Shown here: in pieces, positions 12,620 to 23,690 of the stretch | Position numbering within the stretch: position 1 is the stretch's first letter | Layout of the letters: the number at the start of each line of letters is the position of its first letter | Assembly (NCBI GenBank): GCA_001179505.1 | Contig: CDMY01000242.1 | Coordinates: forward strand, 62,001-126,000 | Direction of reading: 5' to 3' | Source: Vitrella brassicaformis CCMP3155 | Taxonomy: Eukaryota > Protista > Chromerida | DNA length: 64,000 bases | Position numbers and translations under genes: made by a program | Notes under the pieces: generated by a model | The model's input: the letters and a program-made list of their open reading frames with translations, nothing else | What the model was told of the DNA's origin: nothing | Database searches by the model: none

Positions 12620-13063
12620 CCCGCCCGCCCGTCTGAAAAGAAATGGTGTAGCCGGACAGGTGAGGTGTCTGTCTGATGCTGTCAGCAAAAAGTAAAGTGC
12701 TCTCTCCCCTCTCTCTCTCTCCCTCTACCTAGCCACGTCGGTGTGTAGGCTACAGCTACATATCTACCTGCACACACAGACGCACAGACGCACAGACGCC
12801 GGATTGGATTGATGCTGTATAGTATGTCTGTGCCGCTGCTGATATATAGACAGAGGTCTGTCTGTCTGTCTTGTTTGTTTGTGGTCTCTCACCCACCTGC
12901 CCGGGCCGGCCGACGCGCTCGGCGCCTCAGGAATGGTATCAGTAATTGAACTTCTCCTGCACCCACACACAGACACAGACAGACAATGACAGACAGACAG
13001 ACAGACAATGACAGCTGGACCTGGTCCGTCCAGCTGTCGTACTCGTCTTCAGTCTGAAGACCA

Positions 13064-13097
<34 letters not shown>

Positions 13098-16000
13098 TCC
13101 TTAGCGTCTGTCTGTCTGTCTGTCTGTCTGTCGCTGCCAGTGATCAAAGTAAGTGTGTCAGTACTTACGATGCATTCCTTGAGCGGCCCTCCTTTGTTCG
13201 CTTATCTCCTGCACCCACACACAGACACACTCATTGACAGACAGACAATGACATGTGTGTGTGTGTGTGTGTGTGTGTATGGTCTTGACCTTCTCGTATT
13301 CGGGTCCAGGCTGAAGACCACACACACACACAGAGAGAGATCCTTCGCGTCTGTCTGTCTGTCTGTCGCTGCCAGTCGTCAAAGAAAGTGTGTACTCACG
13401 ATGCACTTCTTGTTCCAGCACTTGCAGCCGGTGCCACAACTCTTCCCATTTTTGGCCTTCTTTTTGCATTTGTCGTCGTTTTCCGAACACTGCTTACGGG
13501 CGAGTTCCTGCCAGCCAGTCAACCAATCACACACAGCCACGGGAATCTGTCTTCGTGTGTCTCCCTTGTATTTGCGTGTTACCTTTTCCAAGTATTTTTG
13601 GTATTTTAACTTCTCATCACCCATGCCCACCGACGTCGCCTCTGCACGCACACAAACACACACAGATACAGACAGATACACCGCACCCACACGTCGATGA
13701 TCATTGGTCGTTGGGTTACTTTTGAGTTTTTCGCTCTTAGGTGGGTCGGTGAGGGCGTTGATTTTTTGCTCGGCGGCCTCCATGGCGTTGAGGGCCTCTT
13801 GATGTGTGACGATGGCAGCCTGGTGCACCGCTATGGCGGCCTTGTGGCTGGCCGTGCCTCGCTCCAGCTGCTGCTGGATGGCGGCCAACGACACCTGCAG
13901 ATGGGTACCCGATGACAGCTCAGCCGAGGACCCTGCACACACACAGACGCACAGACAGATATGCACACATCCATCAGACCACGGAATGGCACGGATGTCG
14001 AGGAGCGGTGGTGGGCCGGCATTGGCTCATCTTCTATCTACGCACCAGCCTCAACGAAGGCACTGGGGTTGTTATTGATGTCATTGATGGCGTCCATGCG
14101 CTCCTCCATGGGCACCTCTATGTCCGCTGCAGCCATCCATCCATCCACACCACACACAGAGCCTCCACGACGTCCATAGATCCATAGATCTATCTAGCCA
14201 TCCCTCCCTCACTGTCGTCGTGGAACTCCTGGGTGTAGAGATTCTTGCCGTGGGTGAGGGGAAGGCCCAGCAGGCCCACGGCCAACACGCCCAACAAACC
14301 CGCCAGCAACATCCGAACCGACGTCATCCTCCCGCTTACTCGGTGGCTTGCAGCCAGCACCACACCGTGGCTGACGTCATCACACAGCAGCACAAACAGG
14401 GGGTGGAGGGAACGTCAGATCAGCCACTCCGAGGGCTATTCCTGCCCTAGATATATTACCTGAACCGATGGAGTCGCTTTTTCTTTCTTTTCGAAAAAAG
14501 GGCCAAAGTTCGGCCAGGTTGCAGGGGCGCCCTAACATCCGCTCGTGAAACGAAGGGTGAATCGGTACCTACACCGATGTCGGCCGCAGCCGCAGCGCCA
14601 GCTGGTTCGAAGAAGCGAAAAACCACCGTCGGCGAAGCGGCCGATGATGAGTCAGTCGTCCCCTCCCGGCTGCATGGCGTGACCAGCGGTCGTGAGGAGG
14701 TCGATGCGGTGGTGGAGCAGGCGGCAGGATGCATGGATGGCCTTCGTGGCGTGTTCAAGACGGCAGTAGCTGCGGCAGAGGGCGAAATCGAGCAGCTAGC
14801 GGCGGAGATCAACCAGCTCTTCATCGCAAATGGCGGCACGGTGGAGCCGCACAAGACCAGCGGCAAGCTCAAGCTCAACGTGGGCGGCACGGTCTTCTTC
14901 ATCTCAGTCCAGCGACTGCTTCAGCCCAAGATGAAGCTGACGTACCTCTCCACCTTGCTGCTGCACTTCATCGACGCCCTGCCCAAGGACACCAACAATC
15001 TGCCCTTCCTCGAGGCGCATCCGCCCTACTTCCACTGGCTGCGCGACCAGCTGGCGCTGCTCGAGAGCCCTCACCTCGACGAGATCAGCCTGCACTCACC
15101 GGAGGCCGACGATCCCTCATACTCGGAGTACCATTCGCTGTTCATGCAGAAGGTGGTCGGTGACATCGAGATGGAGGAGCAGCCGCGGGCGCCCGGCTCG
15201 TCGGCAGCAGCATCGGCAAATGGTGGCGGGGGAGGCGAGCAGCGGGATGTAGAGATGGCCGACGGGAGCGGCCAAGAGGGGCAGAGGGAGGGGGCGGACG
15301 GTGATGGCGGGGTGAAGAGGGTGTTTCGGCAGATAGATCGGCACATGCGGCGCTACGAGAGTCTGCTCGAGGGCCTGCAGAAGCAGAAGAAGGCCATGGA
15401 GGCCTTCCTGGCGGCGATGCGGCCGTTTGTCAATCGGGACAGCAGCGGTGAGGATCTCGAGGTGATGACGCTGAGCGTGTCTGATGAGGAAGTGTCGGTC
15501 CTCCGCCGCACCATTGTCCTCCTCGGCCAAGACCATGTGCTTGTGACGCGGTTCGACCGCGCGTCAGTCCTGCAGCTCATCGTCGACTTTGCCCGCCGCC
15601 TGACTGTCGTCATGCCGCCCGGCCAGTTCGTGCATCCGCCGGTGGTGGCGCCGCACGAGAAGGCCATCTTTGCCGTCGAGTTGGACATGTACGGCCTCGA
15701 CACGGTGCCGCCTGTCGGTGAGGCGGCGGGGGCGTCCGCTGTGATCAAGACGGCCGACGAGTGGCTGGCGGTGATGGAGATGACAGACAAGAAGATCGCA
15801 ACGGCGCCATCGCTGCTGTACAAGTGAGACCAAATGCTGACACAAGACAGGCAGAGCAGACCACAAGAGGCATGCATCTGTCGTCTGTGGTGTGTCATCT
15901 CTGTTAGGGGCAGTCGCGACACGTATGCGTTCCCCAAGATGCTCGAGTGCGTGGCCGGCAAGAGCGGCCTGCTCTTCGCCCTCAAAGAGGGCCACACACA

Positions 16001-16410
16001 CCGATTCGGCACCTTCATCGACGGCCCCATTACACCGCCTGCTGAGCCCACAGAGAACAACGGCTACTATGTGCCCGTCTTCTTCTTTTCGCTGTCCGGC
16101 GCGTACGATACGCCGACGAAGATCGAGATACCCGAGGAGAAGCAGAAGGTGACGGTGGCCGGCACACAGGGGGTGGTGAAGAACGACAGGGACGAGCCGC
16201 GTGCCAACGTGGCCATCGCTCGCGGGTGCCTATGGCTGGGATGCGCCAAGCCAGGTCCGGCGGCCGACATCAGCAGCTGCGTGCAGTGGATCGAGGGAGA
16301 CTGCCTGCCCGCGGGGTATGAGGGCGACATGGATGATGATGGCGATGGTTTCCTCGGTCAGTCGCTGGACTTGACAGCGAGCGAGATCGAAATATGGCAC
16401 ATTCAACAGG
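12339..16410. repeat. Right arm of the ~4 kb inverted segmental duplication
   Basis: Reverse complement of ~4970-8848; begins at gtcgaccgct (~12339), matching ~8848. Confidence 0.9.
12939..14327 (-). CDS. Secreted Cys-rich (cystine-knot-like) peptide precursor, right copy
   Basis: ATG 14327; exons 14213-14327, 14046-14126, then from 13932. Signal peptide identical to the left copy. One intact module CSENDDKCKKKAKNGKSCGTGCKCWNKKC, a degenerate 40-nt second-module exon, and terminal exon EKFNY* (12939-12956). Confidence 0.8.
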
Positions 16411-16582
16411 TGGCGCGGGGCGGGGAGGGGCGGGGAGGGAATACGACACACTCATGGCTTTGCTGCACGGCGCGTTTGCTCACCCGTGTGTGTGTGTCTG
16501 TGTGTGTGAGTAGGTGCAAGGCGGCTGGGCGGGCGGGCTGATGGCAGCCCGTCACGTAGAAGACGGCAGCTGGAGCAGATAA
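14577..16582 (+). CDS. BTB-TLDc domain protein, right-arm copy (apparently intact)
   Basis: ORF 14577-15827 (KLNVGGTVF BTB), intron 15824-15907, TLDc exon 15908-16409 (GSRDTYAFPKMLECV..FFFSLSGAYDTPTKIE..EIEIWH). Last exon is uncertain (stop at 16541 or 16582). Confidence 0.85.
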
Positions 16583-17213
16583 GATAGATCATGTGATGTG
16601 TGCGGAGCGGAGGAGGGAGGCGAGGCGGCTGCCGGCTTGGTGGGTATCGATAGACATCCATGCGATGCGTGTATCGGTCGGTGTGCACAAGTATGATTGA
16701 TAATTCAAAGCCATGATGCACGAACGAAAAGATGGATGTGCACACTGCTTGACTGACTGATTGTCTATCTCAAGCCTTCATGTGACGTGACGACACACAA
16801 CCGGCCTGTGCACCGCACCTCAGCACATCTGACTCACAGCACCTAGCAGCCTGTTGGTGACTTAAGACTGGTTGATGGTGTGGGTGTGGGCGGTGTGTGT
16901 GGGTGTAGAGGTCTTCATTCAGAGAGAAGCTTTCACCGAAATTGACATACATCGCCTGTCCATCGTCCATCCATCCATCCATCCAGCCACCGATGAGCCC
17001 CGCCCGGCCGTCCCGTCCTTAATTTGCACAGAGCGAGAATCAGTGGATGGATGAATGTGCCATCGGATGGTTCATCAGTAGAATGTTACTGACAGTCTCG
17101 AACACAAACCAAGCACAGGGCAACACACATGGACACGCCACACACGCCACATCAAGGCTATATGAACAGGCCAGCAGCACAGCAGCAGCGCAGCAGCAGC
17201 AGCCAATCGGACA

Positions 17214-18730
17214 TCAATGAAGAAGCCGCACGCCATATGATACACACATCATGAGTGCCTGGCTCTCCCGCTGACTGTCTAGCTGCCAGCTCCATTTTCC
17301 GCTATCTATCTGTGCCCACACTCCTGGCCACCACCGGACCTTACCGATACTCACGGGGGCCATGATAAACATTCCCCAGTCGCCCCACTCGACGACGACC
17401 GGTGACCACCCGAGCCTCCCCATGGCTTGTGTTCCCAGGATGTTGATGTGCTCAAAGTCGCCGAACGACGGCGCACACTCGATCAGGTGCTCCTTGCCCA
17501 GGTGATCCTCAATCCGCACCGTCAAGTTCGACGGGAGGGCATCGCTGTCGATGGGTTTCTCGAGAAGCGCAGCCATGGCCTTCTTGCTGAGATAAGACCA
17601 CACGGCGGTCGTGTCAATGACGAAGAGCACGTTGATCGGCTTCCCGAATCCCCCCTTAAGGGGATCCCAGCGACACACGAGGTTGACGCACAGGCGATAG
17701 GTGTCCACGTGCAGGACGCCCTCGGGTGGGTAGCTGTGCTGTCGTTCAGATGGCGCCACAGAGAGATACTCAGCACCGAGGTCCCTGGATATCGCCTCCA
17801 TCTCCTTCTCTGCCATGTCAGGCAGCTTCACCGCATACTCGTGAGGATGACGCGCCTTGCCCTCCGGAGGGCCATCGAAAGATGTAACCTTCTCCTCTCG
17901 ATGAAGCACTTGTCCGGTTGGCGGCTTCACATCGGCGGCGGCGGAAGACAATGCACTGCTGCTCGTGAGGGGCTCACGAGCAGCCACCTGCAGACCCTCC
18001 CCATCCCAGCCCGCCCAAACTCCTGGACGCCACCGACGCCTTCCGATACTCACGGGGGCCATGACAAACGAGCCTCTCCCCCAGTCCACGAGCGGTGACC
18101 ACCCGAGCTTCGCCATTGCGTTTGTTCCCAGGATGTTGATGTGCTCCCAGTCGCCGAACGACTGCGCACACTCGATCGGTAGATGATCAATCCCCATGAA
18201 AAAACACGGCGCGGTGTTATCAAGGTCTGGGTGCAGAAGCACTCTGGCCTCCTTGGTGAGGTAAGACCACACGGCGGTCGTGTCAACGACGAAGAGCACG
18301 TTGATTGGGCTATCCCGAAAGTGACACACGAGGTTGACGCACAGGCGATGGGTTCCCTGGTGCAGGACGCCCTTGGGCGGATAGCTGTGCTGTCGTGTAG
18401 ATGGCGCCACAGAGAGATACTCAGCACCAAGGCGCCTGGAAGTCTCCTTCATGTCCTCCTCTGTCACGTCAGGCAGCTTCACCGCATACTCGAAATGATA
18501 CCGCGCCTTGCCCACTGGAGTCTCATGCAGGTGGCGTGGGGAGGGTCTGCAGGTCGTGGGGAGGGTCTGCAGGTGGCTGCCGGCGAGTCGCCTCAGGGCA
18601 AGAGGACGCACTCGTCGGGCAAAGGAAACATCTGCACGCACCACACTTCAGAGAACGCCATCAGCAACGAGCCGCGCCTGCCGGCTGTCGTGATCAATTG
18701 GTGGAATGTGTGTGTGTGCTCACCCTGGTC
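17214..18730 (-). CDS. Protein with two tandem retropepsin-like (aspartyl-protease fold) domains and a non-canonical DTT motif; start codon unresolved
   Basis: The 476-aa ORF has two copies of INVLFV[VI]DTTAVWSYL...IECA.SFGD.EHINILGT.AM, resembling the retropepsin LxDTG...ILG pattern. Each copy is followed by the same donor gccccc|gtgagtatcgg. Confidence 0.65.
17343..18510. repeat. Direct duplication of a ~0.5 kb domain plus intron donor (~17343-17870 and ~18042-18510)
   Basis: Near-identical blocks, e.g. ttaccgatactcacgggggccatga vs ttccgatactcacgggggccatga, and agagatactcagcacc in both. Confidence 0.9.
17980..18580. repeat. Perfect 23-bp inverted repeat (17980-18002 / 18558-18580), with a 20-bp tandem duplication at 18535-18574 and a 12-bp-stem hairpin at 17958-17984
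   Basis: gcagccacctgcagaccctcccc is the reverse complement of ggggagggtctgcaggtggctgc; cgtggggagggtctgcaggt occurs x2; hairpin gctgctcgtgag-ggg-ctcacgagcagc. Confidence 0.95.
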
Positions 18731-18840
18731 AAGACCTTGGTCAGCGGCGCTCCTTGCACCTGCGATCTTAGCCCAGCGATCCTCGTTTTGCCGAGAGAAT
18801 GCGCAAAACGAGAGGCATGATGGCCATCGGATGACTCGCC

Positions 18841-21800
18841 ATGCTCGTGTTGGCCCTGCTGACCCATTGCTTTGCCGCCGCGATGGGCCGGGATGATTTA
18901 TCGTTCATCGCTCTGGCGCCTCGGATTCGCAGATCTGCTGCTTGGCACACGAGGAGAAGGAGAGGAAAGGTACACACACTGCACACAGACACCGTGGACG
19001 GAAACAGAGAGAGAGAGATCGATGTGCGCACATACTTCTTCGTGCGTCACGTCAGGCCAACCGTGTGTGTGAGGGTGTGAGGATGATGGTGAATGTGGAG
19101 GGCAGCCTCAAGAAGGACAAGAGGCTCGACCTCCAGTTCTACGATCAGGCCGACGTACGTACGTACGCATCCAACGGGCATGTCACGACCCCCGTGTGCG
19201 CGCGTGTGTGTGTCAGGTGTACGTCCGCGGCGGGTCTGGAGGGCCTGGTGCGGTGACATTCAAACCACTGAGGGGGCGAGGACAGGTATGGTGTGTGGGC
19301 AGGGGGGCTCACACAACACATGATTGATTCAGTGTCTGTCTGTCTGTGCGTGTGTGTGTGTGTGTCTGTCTGTGTGAGCAGGGTCCGCCCAACGGTGGCA
19401 GTGGCGGCAGAGGGGGCAGCGTGTACCTCCTCTGCGACAACAAGATGAACACGCTGCAGGCACACACACCACACACCTATACACCCAAACATGTGGATGC
19501 GTTTATGAGTCTATTTGTTCACACACAGGGTCTGCGTGGCCGAGCGTCGTTTCGCGCCAGCCACGGGGAGGCCGGCGGCTTTGGCTTCAAGACCGGCAAA
19601 AACGCCCCTGACGTCATTATACGGTGCGACTGGCTGTCTCGACGTATGTGTGTGCCTACCTGTCTGCATGAATATCTCTCTGTGTGTGCGCGTGTGTGTC
19701 AGGGTGCCGCCAGGGACTGTCGTGAAGGACCCAGGAACGGACGAAACGCTCGGTAGGTACAGGTGCCTTCACACACACAGAGGGACACAGAGGCATGTGT
19801 CGTGTGTGCGTGTGTACGTCTGTTGTATGTTCCTGCCTGCAGCGACTCTGTCGCTGTCTGGCGACAAGTGGCTGGCGGCCAGGGGCGGCAACGCGGGCGT
19901 CGGCAACGGACCCCCAAACGCCAAAGCCAGCCAAGTGAGCACACACAACACACACACACAGGACGATATGCGCACGTATGTGTGTGCATCTCTCTCGGAC
20001 AGGGTCGTGTGGCTTTCACCGGTCGGAGCGCTCCTCCTCAGGCGGGCGAGAAGAGGTGGATCAGACTAGAGGTGAGCAGAGGTGAAGTGAGGTGGGGTAG
20101 CGATGCCATACCCTGCCATCTGAGCCATTGCTCTCTCTTCCGATCTCTCTCTGTGGGTGCGTGTGTGTGTGTGTCAGTTGAGTCTGTTGGCTGACATCGG
20201 TCTGGCGGGCATCCCCAACGCCGGCAAGTCGACCCTCCTGTCGACGGTGACCAACGCGCGGCCGAAGATAGCCAACTACCCCTTCACCACACTCGTGCCA
20301 AAGTACGACCACCTGCACACACGCACGTACACACAATGGGGTGTGTGTGTGTGTGTGCAGCCTTGGTGTGTGGGAGCCGAGCCAGTCCATTCTGGTGCAC
20401 AACACAAAGCGGAAGGAACGTGCTCACGATGACGATCGCGATCGTGCACAGGTGCGTGCCCCGTGTGTTTGTGTTTGTGTTTGTGTGTCCATGTATGTAT
20501 GAGTGTGGGGACGGCGTGTGTTGATCAGGAGAAGGACAGTGACAGTGACAGTGGCAATGGTGTGGATGGTGATGGTGATGGTGGTGTGTTGGGCCTCAAG
20601 CACAGCCTCAGCGTACAGAAGAGGAAAAAGGGTAGGTACACACCGAACAGACAGGCAGACAGACAGACAGACAGAGAGAGAGACCACACACTCATCCACC
20701 CATCCCTCACGTGCCTTTAGGTGCGTCGAGCAAAGGCTTGGTGCTACTCGACATCCCCGGGCTGGTAGAGGGCGCCCACAAGGTGCCCGCCTACCTGAAA
20801 CACACACACATCCGTCCATCCACGCAGCCACACATCTCTCTCTGTGTGTGAGTGGTTAGGGTGTCGGTTTGGGATTGGCCTTCCTCCGCCACGTCGAGCG
20901 GTGCCGGGTCATCTTTCACATCGTCAGCGGCGCTTCCGTCGATCCCGTTGGTATACATACATCCTAACAGACAGACAGACAGACAGACGTGGTTGGATGG
21001 ATGGATGGATGGATGTGTGGATGTGTGGATGGATGTGTGGATGTGTGGATGTGTGGATGTGTGGATGGATGCAGGCGACTTCAGGGCGTTGAACGACGAG
21101 CTGCTTTTGTTCAACCCCAGGCTGCTCGAGAAGCCGCACGTGGTGGTCCTCAACAAGATCGACCTTCCTGAGGTAGATTGATAAGCCGTCCGCGAACCAC
21201 TCATCCACACACACGTATGTATGTGTGCAGGTGCGCGCCCGGCTGCCCGAGTTGCGTGAGCGCCTGCTCGAGGCCATGGGTGAGAGGCCATCCACACACA
21301 CACACACACACAGTACATGTGTCTCCGTGTGTGTGTATCCCGATCTGTGCAGGGCACGAGCGTCTTGTGTGCATCAGTGCGGCCACGGGCGAAGGCGTGG
21401 AGGAGCTCATGCAGCGCACCAGAAACGTACGTACGAACGCACTCCACCCACGCCACGCACAATTCCCACATCCATTCATCCATCCATTGGTCCGTCTGCA
21501 GCTGGTTGACAAGCGCGAGCGCATGGAGGACGAGAGGCTCCTGACGGCCCTGGCAGACGACGAGGGAGGAGACGACACACGCGATGTGTGTGGGCACCCA
21601 CTCATACACTCATCCACACGCACACACACGTGTGTTTCTGCCGGCATATGTGCGCGTGCAGGCGGCTGGCGCAGAAGGTGAGGATGCCACCACGAGCACC
21701 AGCAGCAGCAGCAGCAGCAGCAGCGGCAGACCAGACGGCTACTGGATCGAGAACATTTCGCTCGGCAAGTGGCGCATCGGCGGCGACAAAGTCACGAAGG

Positions 21801-22143
21801 CCGCTAGGCACGCGACAGACGATGCACCCACCACCCACACCGCACCCACACACATCCTCTCCACGTGCAGAGGTGCACTCGTCTCTCCCTCCCTCTCTGT
21901 GTGCGTGCAGCCTGAGCGATTGGACCTACTACAGCGCCGAGGAGCGGTTCTGCCGAGTGCTCGACGCAATCGGTGCGCACACACACGTACTGACTTCCCC
22001 ACACCCATGTGGTGCGTGTGTCTGGACCAGGTTTTCTGGCTGCGTTGGAGGGGAGAGGAGCGCGAGAGGGCGACGAGATAGAGATTGCGGGCGCCAGCAA
22101 GAGGATCAGACTCATGTTCCCAACCACAGTTGTCGGCACATGA
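18841..22143 (+). CDS. obg: Plastid-targeted Obg/CgtA GTPase with C-terminal OCT domain
   Basis: Bipartite leader [30 protein letters not shown]; Gly-rich Obg domain [12 protein letters not shown]; G1 [13 protein letters not shown]; YPFTTLVP; DIPGL; G4 NKID; SA; OCT-like [36 protein letters not shown]. Confidence 0.95.
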
Positions 22144-22564
22144 ATGAATGAACCAACATTCATGAACCAGACACACTTGCACACTTGGAGGAGGCACATA
22201 CGGACCATACACATGCATGCATGAGCTTTGGCGAGAAGGCTGGCCGGAACCCCTGCAGACCCAACCCCGTGTGTGGCGCATGGGCCTGCCGTTGCAAAGC
22301 ACTCAGTCGAATTCAGAAGCGTCCAGGATGGCACCGGCGTTCACTTTACTGACCCCATCAGGTGTTACGGAGGCTGTTCAGCCTCCACCTTGTAGTGGCC
22401 TCCACCTTAATTGTACGTGTGTGTCGGTGGTTATCATCATCATCACACGGGAGACGGTGCAGCCAGGAAAGATTGGCCCGGAAGCGATGATTGGCTGAAA
22501 TTCCCGGTCGAGATCGGCCACTGGTCGACAAACACTCCCTCGCCCCGCCCCTTGTTATCTGACG

Positions 22565-23155
22565 ATGAAGTTCGTCACAGCGCTGCTCGTCGCCCTCGTG
22601 GCCCTCGTGGCCGTCAGCCACGCGTTCGTCCCCTCCACCCCGAGCGGCAACAGCCTGCTGCTCTCCAGGGGCCGCCCAAGCCGCGCCATGCAGCGGCAGC
22701 AGACGCCCAGCATGGTGCTCGATGGCGCTGGTACGCCCGGATCTACGCACACGCGGACATGTTGGTGTGTCGACTGACTTGTCGACCGTTCTCTCTTTCC
22801 GTTGTGTGTGGTTGGTGTGTGCAGGTCTTGCTGACGTTGACTTCGGCAAGGCGCTTGAGATCGCTGCGGCCAACAGCAACATGCTGGCTGAGTACAACTC
22901 GCTCAACGGCTTCCTCAACGCGGCCGCGTTCGGATCCCTGTGAGCGCTCTCCCTCACACACACACACACACACGCATACACATACACAAGACAGAGCAGA
23001 CAGTCTGTGTTGAGCGGAAACAATCACACTCTCACGACCTCTATCTCTCTCTGTGTGTGTGTTGGTTGGTGTCACGTCACAGGTTCGTGATTGTGCCCGC
23101 TGCTGCGGTTCTTCTGTGGATCTCGAACAAGGACAGGCTGGAGCGCCAGTTGTGA
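22565..23155 (+). CDS. psbX: Nucleus-encoded photosystem II subunit PsbX with bipartite plastid-targeting leader
   Basis: Exons 22565-22730, 22825-22939, 23083-23155. Signal peptide ending VSHA-FVP. The C-terminal 40 aa YNSLNGFLNAAAFGSLFVIVPAAAVLLWISNKDRLERQL match the PsbX pattern (SL..FL....G...V.VP....L..IS.KD...R). Confidence 0.8.
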
Positions 23156-23690
23156 TTGATCCAGGATGCATCCATCCATCGCTGGCGATTTGTGTACACC
23201 GACCGCCCGACCTGTTGCCTGACCGATGCGATGTGTTTATACGTGCGTGATGGCTGGCTGGCTGATGAGTGCAGTGCGTTGGTTGGTGCTTGTAGGGAGG
23301 TGGTTGGTGATTTTTCTTTCCTGCCCTGCATACGAAACGAGACGACCGACAGCAGGGAGGGAGGGAGCGAGGGATGGACAGATGGATTGGATGAAAGGAG
23401 TGCAGTGAGTGGATGGCGTGGCCATGGGCTGGTTGACTGATTGACTTGATCGATCATGTATGTTTATTGTGCGGGACGGGACACCCACCGTGTGTGTAAT
23501 CTTCAGTGCACAGATACGTACGGATTGACAAAACACACACGTGGTGTGTTGGCAAATGAATATTAACGTCCGCGGCACACCCACCCACACCACAGACACA
23601 CTCGCACCCGCACCAACACACATACGCATGCAGATGTAGACACACGGAGTAATGAATAAGCACAGAGGGCAGGGCGGGGGGCCCGATAGA

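Noticed and set aside
17980-18580. MITE defined by the 23-bp inverted repeats
   Set aside because: No target-site duplication, and the interior is coding sequence; kept only as an unexplained inverted repeat.
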